Positions 13,001 to 25,482 of a DNA stretch of 64,000 nucleotides are shown here, one piece after another (position 1 is the first letter of the stretch; each line of letters opens with the position of its first letter). This DNA comes from Moniliella sp. 'wahieum'. Taxonomy: Eukaryota. The notes under the pieces are model-generated. The model ran no database searches. It saw only the letters and a program-made list of their open reading frames with translations, and had not been told where the DNA came from. The stretch lies in contig RSEE01000081.1 of the NCBI GenBank assembly GCA_003971905.1, positions 186,001 through 250,000 of the forward strand. The letters run 5' to 3'. The position numbers and the translations under genes were made by a program.

Positions 13001-14157
13001 GCGGTAGAGTCCGACCGTAGAGGTAGCGAAAAATGTTTGGGCAAGAAGCTCGGTTTGTTCTTCGTCAGCCACCCCGACAGCCGAAATGAGATGGGACAGG
13101 AAGTGGAGCATGGTGATGCGAATGGTTTCTCCTTTTTGGGAAGTTCGACGGGCAGAGCTCGCATTCGTGCGGTAAGGGTCTGTACCAAGGCTGGGGCGAG
13201 AGTAAGGGATTTGGTACAACGAGCCGCTGCCTGGGCCGTGCGCTTTAGCACATCCGTCTTCTCAGGGGTGAGAAGAAGAGTCCGGAGCGTGTCAGGAAGA
13301 AAGAGCGTGTCGTAAATGAAGGCTTGCGCATGGGACGCAAGGCTCGAGGATGGCTCCTCAGACACAGACCTCTTTCGCTTTCCAGTGAGTTTCGTCGAAT
13401 GGGAAGACACGAGCGTAGCGCAATCCTGGAAAGACTGGAGGGCAACCTCGATCCCGACTTCACGGCGGGCGGGACTGGCTTGGGCAAAGGCAGGAAGATA
13501 CGAAGCGAGGACAGAATGAAGGACCGAGCTGATCCCTGCTTCTGCTTCTATTGCTGATGCTGGAAGGGAGAAGCAAAAGAGAGAAGTTTGGAAATGGCTT
13601 CAGGGAGCGAGGAAAGACGTTCTCGCGCTGTGGCTGTAGTTGCCCCAGCGCTGATGACGGGGTTTATCAGAGCACCCAGAACAGGCCCTACCAATGCAGC
13701 CAACTCCAACAAAGGTTCTTCTGCCATTTCATGGAGAGGGAGGCAAACACCTCGACCGCGCGGATAAGGGCGGGAGCATGGCGACTGGCCAGGACGCTGT
13801 GCAGCTGGGGCTCAGCCTCGAGGATGCGCTCGAGAAGGACCCAATAGGAAAGACGAACGTCCTGTTCGTTCTCGGTCAGTGCGTGGGACCCCTTTCCCTT
13901 CCCCTTTCCCTTTGCCTTGGAACTAGCGCCAGTGTTTGCACTGGACTGAGCCTTGGGTGAGAGGGCAAGGACAAGCCAGTCGGCGAGGAGCAGGCCCTTG
14001 TCCGGAACAAAGAAGGTGCTGGGGGGGCGTTCCAAACGGCGGTGGCGACCTCGATGGCGGAGGGGGATGCGTTGGCGGGAGATGTCTTGAGGTAGCGCAC
14101 AAGAGCGGCGGTGGATGCGATGCCCGCGTCGGCAAGCACATCGGGAGCCAACGCCAT
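10014..14157 (-). CDS. URB2: Nucleolar pre-60S assembly factor Urb2/Npa2
   Basis: About 4.1-kb Leu/Ala-rich helical reading frame broken by frameshifts; ends in the Urb2-type tail LEPGLFALCD...ARAVLKRVWSAWEAQRYKGQ. Confidence 0.75.
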
Positions 14158-15358
14158 GAGGGGCAGATGGATGTCGGTGGACGAGGGGGGGCAGAGCTTT
14201 TCCTTTTTTCTTCAAGCGACAGCCGCTCTGGTGAAAAAAATGTCGCAGCATGCAGCATTGCCCATTCGATGCGATGTTTCAAAACGACGCGGATGGAAGT
14301 TTCAAATCGCATCCGGCTGCTGCTTCCCGCCACACACCTCCCTCCCTCAAGACCAACTGTTCCATAGCACCAAACCCAACCCAAGTTCGGCATGCTCTTC
14401 CTGCGCCATATGTCAGCGTCCCGTAGCATATGAGAAGGAGGGCGTCGTTGTGACCATATAGATTGTGCTCTGTCTGCGCACCGCCTTGTCATTGTTAGCT
14501 AGCACTGGCGTTCGCAAGATTCCCAGGCCAGCAAAGAAACAAGCAACAGGGAAGAACTATTAAATGAGTGTGCACTTTTCCGAGGGGAGAGAGGTGCCTA
14601 GTTGTCCGTCCCCCCGGCTAATTTTGTTTGCACACTCATCGATCATCCACTGCTTTAATGTTCCGACATTTCAGTTCCGCGTCAGGCATCGAATAGGTCA
14701 CTAGCACTAGTCACTGATCACCGTGATCGAGTGAACATCGATCATTCGCCGCCGGCCGCAAGTAGCCGTGGAAGTCCAACCCGCCCCAGATTGGCTGTGT
14801 TGCTGGATGGGTCAAGCTTCGCCAGAGCAACTCGTCAGTACTCGATTGCTCATTTTCTTTCCGATTGGAGATGGTCGCTGATCGATGATGATTCAGAGTC
14901 GGAAACAAGCGGCGGTCTTTGACCAACTCCAAGCCAACTCAGCCTCGGCCAGCCATGCACCAACAAGTCAAGCTTCAAAACCGATGCGTGTGGCCAGTGT
15001 GACATCGACTGCGGCCTCTCTTGCTCGGTGCGATCCGTAGCGGGGTATCCGGTATCGGGTGGGACAAGACCTATTCCGACAGGGCCCGTGCGCTGGCACA
15101 CTGGCTCTGTGCCGTCCCGCGGCGTCGGAGCCACGGGCGCACACTGCCCCCCTCTGCCCTTCTGGGCTGGGCGCTAGCAGTTCGACTGGCTGCTGCTAGT
15201 TCCCCCCTGCCCTGCACCATGGCCCGCCGTCCCGGGCCGAATTTTTTTTTTCCACCTCCCCGGCATGGCAGCTATCGCGCGCACGGCGTATAAAGCACTT
15301 GTCGTCCCCGCACTCGTCTGCCGCACCATCCCTTCCTTCTCCCCGCTGTGTAGCCACC

Positions 15359-16901
15359 ATGTCCGCCGCGCAGAACACGGTATTTGCCAAGATCGACGCG
15401 AACGAGGATGCGTACATCCAGCGCCTCGCCGAGGCCGTCGCCATCCCTCCGTCTCGGGCTCGGTCAAGTACCGCAAGCACGTGTACGAGATGGCTGACTG
15501 GCTCGTAGCCCAGCTCAAGAAGGTGGGCGCGACGGCCGAGCTTAAGCCCCTTGGCAAGCAGACCCTTGATGGCCAGGAGATCGACTTGCCCCCCGCTGTC
15601 TTTTCCCAACTGGGCACCGACCCCAAGAAGAAGACCATCCTTATCTATGGTGTACGTAGTGTCATTGCCCATCTCCCGTCATCCCTTTCTCCCTTTCTCA
15701 TTTCCCCCCTTCCACCTCCCTCTGCCTTCGCTCTTGTTCCCAGCCACTGACAAATTTTGGTACAGCACTACGATGTGCAGCCGGCGCTCAAGTCGGATGG
15801 GTGGAACACCGAGCCTTTCGAACTGGTGGTTAAGAAGGACACGGACCAGATGTTTGGTCGTGGTTCGACCGATGACAAGGGTCCCATTCTCGGCTGGTTC
15901 AACGTGATTGATGCGCACCAACAGAGCGGGGTGGAGCTTCCTGTGAACATCAAGTTCTGCTTTGAGGGGATGGAGGAATCTGGCTCGGTGGGTCTGGACG
16001 ATCTGATTGTGCGGGAAAAGGATGGGTTTTTGTCTGGTGTGGATGCGATCTGTATCTCGGACAACTACTGGTTGACGACGACCAAGCCGTGCCTGACGAA
16101 CGGGCTGCGTGGGATCCAGTACTTTAAGCTGCACATTGAAGGTCCGGGTGCCGACTTGCACTCGGGTGTGTTTGGCGGGATGGTGCACGAGCCAATGACG
16201 GACCTGTTCAAGATCATGTCGCAACTCGTCACGCCTTCGGGGGAGATCCTGGTGCCTGGGATTAAGGAGCTGGTGCAGCCCTGACCGCCGAGGAACGGAA
16301 ACGGTACGAGGTGATGGACTTCTCCATCTCCAGCCTCGACGACAATGTCCAAGCCAAGATTTCCACCTCGGATGAAAAGGAGAAAGTGTTGATGGCGCGC
16401 ATGCGGTACCCTTCGCTCTCGTTGCATGGGATTGAAGGTGCCTTTCCGAGGCGGGGACCAAGACGGTCATCCCGGCCAAGGTGGTGGGCAAGTTCTCGCT
16501 TCGTCTTGTGCCTGACATGACGCCAGAGAAGGTGGTGGCAGTGGTGACCAAGTATGTGAATGAGCTGTGGGCTCAGGGGCAGCAAAAACAAGATGACGCT
16601 CGAGGCCGAGCCTGGTGGAAAACCTTGGCTGGCGGACCCTAACCACTGGAACTACGCTGCTGCCTTCAAAGCGACTGAGGAGGTGTACGGCGTGACGCCC
16701 GACTTGACCCGTGAGGGTGGGTCGATCCCCGTTGCTCTCTCCTTCTCTGAGATCCTGGGCAAGAACCTGCTTCTTCTTCCCATGGGCCGCGCTGACGATG
16801 GCGCGCACAGCATTAACGAGAAGCTCAACTTGTCCAACTTCCTCAAGGGATCCAAGGTCATGGCTGCCTACCTCCACCAGGTGGCCGCCTTGGCTCAGTA
16901 A
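15359..16901 (+). CDS. DUG1: Cys-Gly metallodipeptidase (M20 family)
   Basis: YG|HYDVQP across intron 15652-15765; GRGSTDDKGP, FEGMEESGS, ISDNYW, DLHSGVFGG, TREGGSIP, DDGAHSINEK. Confidence 0.95.
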
Positions 16902-17572
16902 AGGACGACGGCGTGCAGCTATGAACGTCCCCGAATCCATCCAGGTGCATATCCATACATTACAGCATCAAGCTTGGCATGTGAAACGGCGTTGAGGTGA
17001 AAGTGAATCGAGTCGATCCACTCAAGTATGTAGTTTGAAAAGGTGCTTTCCATAGGCACGTCGAAAAAAGCATGGCGGGAGAGAACCCCTGTTCAGGCTA
17101 GATGTAACCTGCTTGAGCTGCAAGCTGCATGAATATGGCAAGAATTGCGCAGTGAATGAACCGTTTCTGTTTGGGTTGCGTTAGTGGAGAACTGTTCTCA
17201 CGGGGTGGATAGAAAATGTTTGCATTGCGGCGAAAAGGGGAAAGAATCAACCCAGTCGAAGGGGTGTGCTTGATGGGAGAACCAGTTGTTAAGGGTGATA
17301 CATATGGTGGCGGCTCGCACCACTGCAGCGTACCATCGCCCTTGGAGTTATTAGGGAGAGTGGTACAGTTCCGGCGCCGGGGGGGCTGGGCCTGTTTGAA
17401 GAATACCTCCTCTATGGACTACTCAGCTTGTACCAATGTCATCACTCACATAATCACGGGCTAGCATGCGCGTGTGGCGTCCTTTCTCGTCCGATACAAC
17501 CACAATCCTACTTCTATGGTCCCCCTCCGAGAGAGTAGAAGTGCTGAAAAACCCGGGTAGAAGTAAAATTTT

Positions 17573-18557
17573 TCAAGCAAAAACCCGACGAACCGAGAGC
17601 TCGTCCTCGACCGGGGCGAGAGCTGCGCGCTTCTCCTTGAGTTGTTGTTTGCTCTCGACCGTCTCGGCGTACTTGTTTGACTTTTTCCGGCGCATAGCGG
17701 ACCGAATGGCGTTGGGCGACACGTACTCTGGGTTATCAAACAGGACCGCACCGGAGAAAGAGCCTTCAAAGATTTTGATGGGCGTCAGAACAAACCGGGG
17801 CCCAATCTCGGTCAATGTCGAACAGCAATCCCGTCTGATTTCTTGGTCTTCTTACTGGCGTTCCCGCTCAGCTGGGCAGCAAGCGCCGCTTGCATCTCCG
17901 ACTCGTTCTCGTGAGCCAAAGGCTCAACAATTTGAAAGTTGCGGAACCAAATCTTGCCGTCCAACAGGGAAAAGGATAGGACGTGGTCCACAAACGGTTT
18001 GGTCCGCCGCGACGTTTGCGGTACACCAAGATCTGGATGAGCATTTCCTTGATGAGTTGCAGGTGAGGTTCAGCGTCAAAGCCAGCGTCAAAAGTGACAA
18101 TGTGCCGACTTCCCTTCAAGCAGTTGCCGGTCATCTTAAGTTCGTCCATGGTGTGGATGTTGTTTACCTGCAACTTGACGGTAGGGCCGTTGGGTGCCTT
18201 GCTCATCCACATAAACAGGTCAAGGTGCTTGCGTGCCTCAAAGAAGAGAGTGTCTGTGCAAATGTTAGAACTCGATCGGGCGGCAAAAGAGAGGAGGCAT
18301 GCATACGTTGCAATTGTTGAGCTCTGCAAGCTCGTTGAGCACGTGAAGCTGATGCTTCGTATCCAACTTAGCGTCCCGCTTAGAGTGCGGCATGAGCGCC
18401 TCGAGGTCCGAGATGAGGTGCCGCATCTGGCTCGTCACGCCCCGCGAGGGGACCATCAGTACACGCTGCCTGTTCTTGCGGAGGGGAGCAACGCTCTCGC
18501 CCTCCCCGTCGTCATGCTTGCGCTTGCCCTTGACACGGCGGCAAACTTGGTCGCCAT
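17573..18557 (-). CDS. BRX1: Ribosome biogenesis protein Brx1 (Brix domain)
   Basis: SRGV..RHL..DL..LMPHSK, FFEARKH.DL, GPTVK, HTMDELKMTGNCLKGSR, EIGPRFVLTPIKIFEGSFSG; intron about 18254-18306. Confidence 0.95.
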
Positions 18558-19791
18558 TGGAGTTAGTAGGTGGATGGGTGGATGGGTGGTCTAAAGCAGC
18601 ACGCCGTGATTCGAGAGAAAAAAGAAAAAAGTTGGCGCGTCGATTGAAATTGCATTTCTCGTCTTTGCAGCCCTGCAGTTCCGCCGGTCGGTGGCAACAG
18701 CCTCGGAAGAGGGAGGTGGTGTACGTAAGCCAGCAGGACAGCCGCTACGCGTCCACCCGACAGCCATGGACAATTAAAGTACGCACCGGAGCCTATAGCT
18801 GCATCGCATGGCTGGAGGCGTGAAGTGGGTCTCTTTCTCCTGACCACGCAATCGGAAGATGGCCAGCTGGGTCTGTACAGCGCGCCCCCCGCACCTCCGG
18901 CGCCTACCTGAGGAGATCCGAAAATTGATACCGTCAGGCTTCTGGGGCAAACCATCACAAAAAGCCACGAAACGGTGTTGAACGCCCCGGTACGTTCGGG
19001 TGGGGGAGAAGGGAGTGCTGAGGAAAAAAATCTGATGAAACCCCCGGGCAAAGCAAGCGCATGCTTCCTTACCCGAAGAAGGGAAGAAGGGGCTTGGGGG
19101 TCAAAAAGAGAAAGAAAGAGGAGAGGTCGTCGAAGTTACGCAAAGGAAGCGAGCAAGGCTCGAAAGAATAGGCGAAACGCGTGGAAGAGGAAGAAACGAT
19201 CCTGATCAATGGTAAAGCGACGGAGCCGGCATCTGAATGCAAGGCTGACGTAGACGCTGAGGAAGAACGATGGTCTCAACACATATCAAAAAGCGATTCG
19301 ACTTTGTGTTCAATGCCGTGGGCATAAACGCGTAACACTTGCGTGTCAAGCACAAAGAGGGGTATCTTTTCGCCAATGGTCCTGCAGGGCCTTGGTAGTT
19401 TCCGCAAATTGGTTGGCCCGGATCATCGAACATCACTGTCCTTGCCTGAAAAGTAACATTCACCCATCCAACACGATACCGATGCACGCTCGCGTTTACC
19501 CCGAGACGCGAGGCCGTAGAAGCGGTAGAGAGCCTATAGTTTTTGGAAAGATTGCTACGCCTATCAATGTGGATGGCTCGTGGGCGCGTTCAGGGATCAA
19601 GCCTCAAGTACAGTCGATGAGACGGCTGTTGCGTGTTGCGCACGGTGGTCTCTCCTAGTGAGTTCCATGCTAGCTGCTAATCAACCCCAACGAAAGGACG
19701 AACCCAACTCCTGACTCTGGTGGGGTACCTGTGGCCAACGGTATGGGACTGCAGCGCGATAGAAGCACAGATCTCAGCGGGAACAAGTGAA

Positions 19792-20219
19792 TTACTTGGA
19801 GGTCTTTTCGAGTTCAGCCCTAGAGGGGGAACCAAGGGGGTTAGAACCTTGGACAACAGACAGCCACACACACAGAGAGAGACACACGGGGTCGAAAAGT
19901 GAACATACCTCAATGCCTTGCTAAAGTCATCTTCAACATCATCGTCGTCCCAATTGTCCGCCCAGAGGTGATCTTCTCCCGTGCGTCCCGAGGCGCCACC
20001 GACAATCGACAGGCCTACCGCGCTGCCCGGGGCCGAGGGGGCAGCTGCAGCCATTGGAAATGTAGACGTTCTTGTCGGACAGATGGGCCAGCGCCGTATC
20101 GGTATCGTTCCAGTCTTGCGCGTCAAACTCCTCAAACTCGTCGTCCTCGTCCAGAACGCCCAGAGGAGGCAGGTCCTCAGCGGAAAATTGAGGCGGGGGG
20201 AAGGCACTCGTGTAGCCAT
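19792..20219 (-). CDS. SEM1: Sem1/Dss1 proteasome lid subunit
   Basis: LDEDDEFEEFDAQDW and LWADNWDDDDVEDDFSKALR|AELEK; intron 19820-19908. Confidence 0.92.
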
Positions 20220-20406
20220 GGTCACTCCAGTGGGTGGTGGTGGGGGCAGCTCGCCCTACGCCCGGCCGAGCGGCCTGGCAACCATCGGTGTCCCGCCCAA
20301 CGCGTGGCCGCCGCTCATTCCGCCCAGTATGGATTCCGCCCACCCACGGGAGTTTCAGCAGGTTCCAACTTTCATTTCGGTTGTCTCTACGATCAAAAAT
20401 GATGGC

Positions 20407-20517
20407 TGATGCATGATGACCGGTGATCGATGATCGATGATTAATGATTAAATGATTGCGGGTGGGTGGTGCTTGAAGCTTGAAGCTTGGAGCTTGAAGC
20501 TTGAAGCTAGCTTGAAG
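20407..20517. repeat. 7-bp periodic TGA-palindrome arrays
   Basis: TGA-CCGG-TGA-TCGA-TGA-TCGA-TGA-TTAA-TGA-TTAA (20417-20451), then about 5 TGA-AGCT units from 20474. Confidence 0.85.
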
Positions 20518-21793
20518 GGTCGATGATCGCCCGATCGGCCAATTGGCCAAAACGCACCACAGCGCCTCGCACTTGGCCAGTCTGGCAGGCAGCAAGCATA
20601 ATGCATCAATGCATCAACCATGCAATGACGATGCCCCCCACCACCGCCTAATCCGTCTCGACCATCTTGTTTCCTAGGCAGGGTGGTCGACGCACGCACA
20701 GGAGACGGTTGAACGTGATACTGTCCTCCCCCTTCGCCCGCGCACCGCAGCAGGCGCAGGCGCAGGGCACGGGGGGTATACGTGCGACGAGTACGAGGTT
20801 GTTATGGAAGGCTAGTCTGCGGGTGGATTCTGAGATTGAGATGTGAAAGCGCACCGACTTCGTGATCCGCGTCGATGTTGCGGGCCCGGGTACCCCGTCA
20901 TGCATCATGGCCAACATCCAACGTGGCATCCTGTGCACCTCGACGCACGGTGTCGGGTGTGAGGCATGTGAGGCCTGAGGAGCGGAGACTTGCGTTTGGC
21001 TGGTGGACCAAGGCTACTCCAGAGGAAGAGCTGTATGTGGACCGAACCACGTTCCACCCGATTCCCTGGTGGGAGAAGGGTTTGGCCAGGAGTATGAGCC
21101 ACAGTATGCCCACTATAGGTCGGTTGCGTGACGTGCACGGTTTGTCTTTTTGCGTTCGTGATGCTATGTCGTGTTACCGGTTTTGTTAGCCACCATTTCT
21201 TCCTTCTGTCTTATTTCTTTTATGTTCATGTCGCGTCTTACTCCCCGGCAGGGGGCTTGCTTTTCCCCTCGTTGCATGTCATTCATGATTACTATTTACA
21301 GGCGGTCTGCTGTGCCTTTCACTCTTTCCCTCCTCGACGGCGACTACTGTTGTGCAAACACGAATGCAGGACGTAGCTGCATGGGTACGCTAATCGTAGC
21401 CAATCCGGTCCCATGCAACTGGGGCATAACAGACGAGGAGACCAGACCTACCGTGGGTAGCAGTTTTGCGTGTTTTGGCCTTCCTCACGTACGAGGAAGG
21501 AATAGGGAATGGGGAAAGGGGGGGGGGGGGGAGTGACAGAGGGGAGGATGAGGGGCGGCACGGTGAGAGAGCATGAGGTGGACTGGTTGGAAATAAGTAA
21601 AACAAAAAAAAATGAGACCGAGTGACTCCCGTGCAGAGTAGGTGCAAGTGCAAGTATGTGCAGGTGCACGAGCAGGGCGAAGCGCAAGCCAGGCGCGCAG
21701 GGCGGCGGGGGGGGGGGGGAGAGAAAAGAAAGAGAGGAAAGTACACACGTAGAACGTGGAACGTTCCACCACGGTCCAGGAGCCTCCCAAATG

Positions 21794-21857
21794 CAGACCA
21801 AGACCAAGACCAAGACCAAGACCAACACCAACACCAAAGCCAAAGCCAAAGCCAAGC
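21794..21857 (+). repeat. Compound hexanucleotide microsatellite
   Basis: (AGACCA)n grading into (ACACCA)n and (AAGCCA)n. Confidence 0.8.
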
Positions 21858-22097
21858 GACGAGGAAGAACGAAGCTACCGGCTCCACGGGTCGGCCAAAC
21901 GCAACGAGCGAAGGACGATGGGGCGGGAGCCGATCTTGGTCGGAGTCAGAGTCTAGGTCGGGGTCGGGGTCAGGGTCTGGGTCCTGGGACGGCAAGCGAG
22001 GCGCACAGGAGGCGGGGGGAGGTACATCCCCTCGACCTTTCTCCACCTCCATGCTTTCCCGCGTAGGTCCTCCCCCTCCCTACTTCCGTCCCTGTCC

Positions 22098-23849
22098 CTA
22101 TCCACGTCCCCATCCATGTTTCCAATCCACGTTCCCATCATGTTTCCATCCACGTCCCATCCGGACCGACGCGCTTCTGCCTGCCGCGGTCATCGATCCC
22201 GATCCGTTTGCACTTGCATTTGCATTTGGGTTTGCATTTGTGGTTGGGGTGCGGTCGCGACGGGAGAGAAGATGGGTGGGAGGGACCGTCCCCGCCGCCG
22301 CTCGAGCCATGGGGCGCCCAAGAGTGGCGATGGGATTGGAGTGAGCTGAGCGTGTGTGTGTTGGGGTGTGAGGGTGGGGTCGATGGGGCGGGTGTTGGTC
22401 TTGGACTTGGCATTGGTTGTCGCCGGTGGCCACGTCGACACTCGCTCGTCGGTCCGGACTTGGTCGCTGATGGTACTGACGGTACCCACGGCAGCCACGG
22501 CAGCCACAGTAGCTACGTCGACACTTGCCGTCGGTCGGGTCCACACGAAATTCGCGACGCCGTTTTGCGGCGGCGCAGCCCTGGAATGAGTCAGGACAGA
22601 CCACGGTGGTTAGACGGATACGAGGCGCACATTCAACCAAGTAAACCAAAAACCAACAGCACCAAGCACCAAGCACCAAGCACCAGCACCAAGCACCAAG
22701 CAGCACGAACCTAACACCAAGCAGCAAGCCAACCGTGGCGAAGGCGAGACGGAGACAGGAGGCTAACTAACAAACATACCTTGACCAAAATATGACGGTT
22801 GAGCGCATCTTTGCGGGAAAAGGGTTTGTGGCACTCGGGGCACTCAAAGGGCAAGGTACCCAAATGTTTGCGGATGGCGGCGCAGGTCGTGGTTCCGGGC
22901 AAATGCCGCGCCGCACGAGACGCACTTGAACGGTCGCGGGGGAGCGGGGACAGGTGGCGCACGAGGTAGCGAGGTAGCGGCGGAGGACCAGCGGGGGAAG
23001 GTACGTGTACCCCACCAGGCACCTCGTCTATCTGGCCCCATGGCGCTGGGCGCGTCGGTCCATGTGCATAGGGTAGGGAGAGTGGGAAGCGTGGGGGGCA
23101 GCAGGCTGGTGAGGCAGCAGAGAAGAGCGCTCGTACGGCAACGCAGGTGGGGCGGGGAGGTGGGCAGGATGGGCAGGATGGGCAGGATGGCAGGATGGGC
23201 GGGGTGAGAGTAAGGGTCAGGGCTGGGGCCGGACAGACTGCTGCGCGTATAAGGCAGCGGGTAGGGAGGCATCGCACGGGGCGTATGCGGGGGGCATAAG
23301 AGCGTCTTCGTGCGCCCGGTCGCTCCCATGTGGCCGGGGGCGGTGAAGGGGCGGCGGGAGCAGCAGGCGCGGTAGTGGGGACGGGGTAGGGCGGGTGGGG
23401 CGCCCAATGGCCCGGCGCAGACACAAGCGAGGAGCGGCGATCGGAGGCAGGCGGGTCGTACGGGTGGTAAGCTTCGTACGCTTCGTATGCTTCGTACGCA
23501 CTGCCGCGGCGGGAGGAAGGGGCGGTGGTGGTGAGGGGAGGCAGACGGGGTCGCTCGCCAGTGAGGACGGCCGTGGGGCCAGAGAAGCTGGCGCGGGGGC
23601 CGAGGGGCGGGCGGAGATGGGAGGGGGGCAGGCTGCGTGGCTGGCCGACGGGAGGCGCGTGGGCAAGACCAAAGCCTGGACGATGGAGGGCAGGCGGCTG
23701 CGGTGGACGGCGGGGCGGTGGGCGAGAGGGAGCGGGAGCGGGCGCGGGCGGAGGCGGAGCGGGGCGGGGGGCAGCGGGGGCATGGACCGCGGCGCGTGGC
23801 TGCTGCTGGCTGCGGCCGACGGCGACAGCGGGGACGGCGCGGAGGACAT
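22098..23849 (-). CDS. C2H2 zinc-finger transcription factor (two fingers, low-complexity flanks)
   Basis: RPFKCVSCGAAFARNHDLRRH...PFECPECHKPFSRKDALNRHILVK|GC; intron about 22581-22779; Pro-rich N-terminus. The C-terminus is uncertain and may run to about 21900. Confidence 0.8.
22660..22720. repeat. (CACCAAG)n heptamer repeat in an intron
   Basis: About 6 imperfect copies inside the C2H2 gene intron. Confidence 0.8.
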
Positions 23850-24984
23850 GGCGGGAGCAAGGCGTGGGTGGGTTGGGCAGAACAGACAGATGGGTTACTG
23901 GGCCCTGGAAGGCGGTCGGAAGTCCTGGAGCACACCAACGCTGATCCAGCGCTTAGTAGTCCACCTGCCCAGACGCGAGGACAGAGCACGTTGGGCAGCT
24001 AGCTCGGCTGTTTCTTGCACCCGCCATCGCCAGCCAGCGCCTCAGCCTCGCCACCCGCCCCCCGCACGGGGTACTGCACCCTACATCACACACCTCCCTC
24101 ACCATCACCATCGCCATCACCATCACCATCGCCGCCCCCCGCTGCGTCCCCCCACGTCCCCTTGCCAGCCGCCCCACCCCCGCCCAGCTGGTAGGATCAC
24201 ATGCACCCCCAGGCTGAGGCGCTGAGGGCCTGAGCCTCAGGCCTGAGGCGGCCATGCCCCTCGGTTCACACACTGGGCCATCCAGTGCATTTTGCCACCC
24301 TCCCCCACATGGATCTGCATCACAATCATATCAACAACACACCAGCGGTACACAGCAGCACGCCCCTCATCCATCATCCATCGGTGTCTCCCTTGGGCCT
24401 TAGGCCTTAGGCCTTGCTGCTGCTACAAGATGCAGATAGCCACAATCCAGGAGCATGTGACACTGTGACATGTGGTGGGCCACGAGTGGGCCACACAGTA
24501 CAAGGCAAACGCTAAGCACCTTGTAGCACTGGGCACTTGGCACGTATATTCCAGCAGCTCAGCCTGAGTGCCCACCTGGACCCCCAGCGCCAAGACAGCT
24601 GCACCCGTGCTGGTGCTGCCCGAGCATCTCCTAGCGCATGTCAAATTGTCAAACGTCAAGCCCACCTCTCGAAACCATCTGCTGCCGCGTAGTGCCGCGC
24701 TGATGCCCTCGCCGAACGGCTCGGCCTCAGGTCCTCAGGCTGAGGCCTCACCTCACTATTCAGTCCGGTTCCGTTCCACTTGAAGCTTGACGAGCTTGAC
24801 GCTTGACTAGTGGAAGTTCAATCCAGGAACCTCTCCCTGATGCACACTGTCTAGTACTGGCTCCTTTTTCCTTCTGCCAGACGGATGGGCCTGCCGGATC
24901 AACGAGGAACGAGCAACGAGCAACGAACAACAATAAACGATTCACGTTCACAGCTCCACCATGGGCCATACGACTGACCTGCCA

Positions 24985-25022
24985 TCTAAGATCTAAGATC
25001 TAAGATCTAAGATCTAAGATCT
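24985..25022. repeat. (TCTAAGA)5 heptamer repeat (TAA-GATC lattice)
   Basis: TAA at 24987, 24994, 25001, 25008 and 25015, each followed by GATC. Confidence 0.9.
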
Positions 25023-25482
25023 CCATAGATGTAGCCTTGGGTTGAAGAATGCCATGTATACTGTGGCTCAACAAGAACCGTGGTGCGCGGATGGCGCTGT
25101 GGAATGCACGTACCCCGCACCGCGAACGTCCCACTGCATGGTCCCGAACATCGAGCGCCCCAAGCGGGGCTAAAGCTGAAGCTTGAAGGATTAATATTTA
25201 ATGACCGACCGGAAGGGACCTTAAGCCAGACCAGAGGGACCAGAGGAGTCGGAGGAGATCGGAGGGATTGGAGGGATTGGAGGGAGTCGGAGGGGATTGG
25301 AGGTAAAGTGCACCGGCAACCCAGTGGGTTTAGTTGAGCCACCTCCCCCCCGCGGCCACCGGCCTTTCGCAGCAGGTTGATAAGGAGGATTGGTTGTGCT
25401 GGTGCCGGTCGGGCCAGGCTCACATCCCAGACCTCTCTCATCCCCCACCTCCCACCTCCCACCTCCCACCTGGGAGAACGGA

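Noticed and set aside
14231..14243. RRPE-like TGAAAAAAAT upstream of URB2, and A/T tracts upstream of DUG1, BRX1 and MAP2
   Set aside because: Imperfect matches that cannot be told apart from generic poly(dA:dT) promoter tracts.
19030..19110. Hammerhead-like CTGATGA followed by a 10-bp stem
   Set aside because: The stem is followed by CAAAA rather than GAAA, and I could not build stems I and III.
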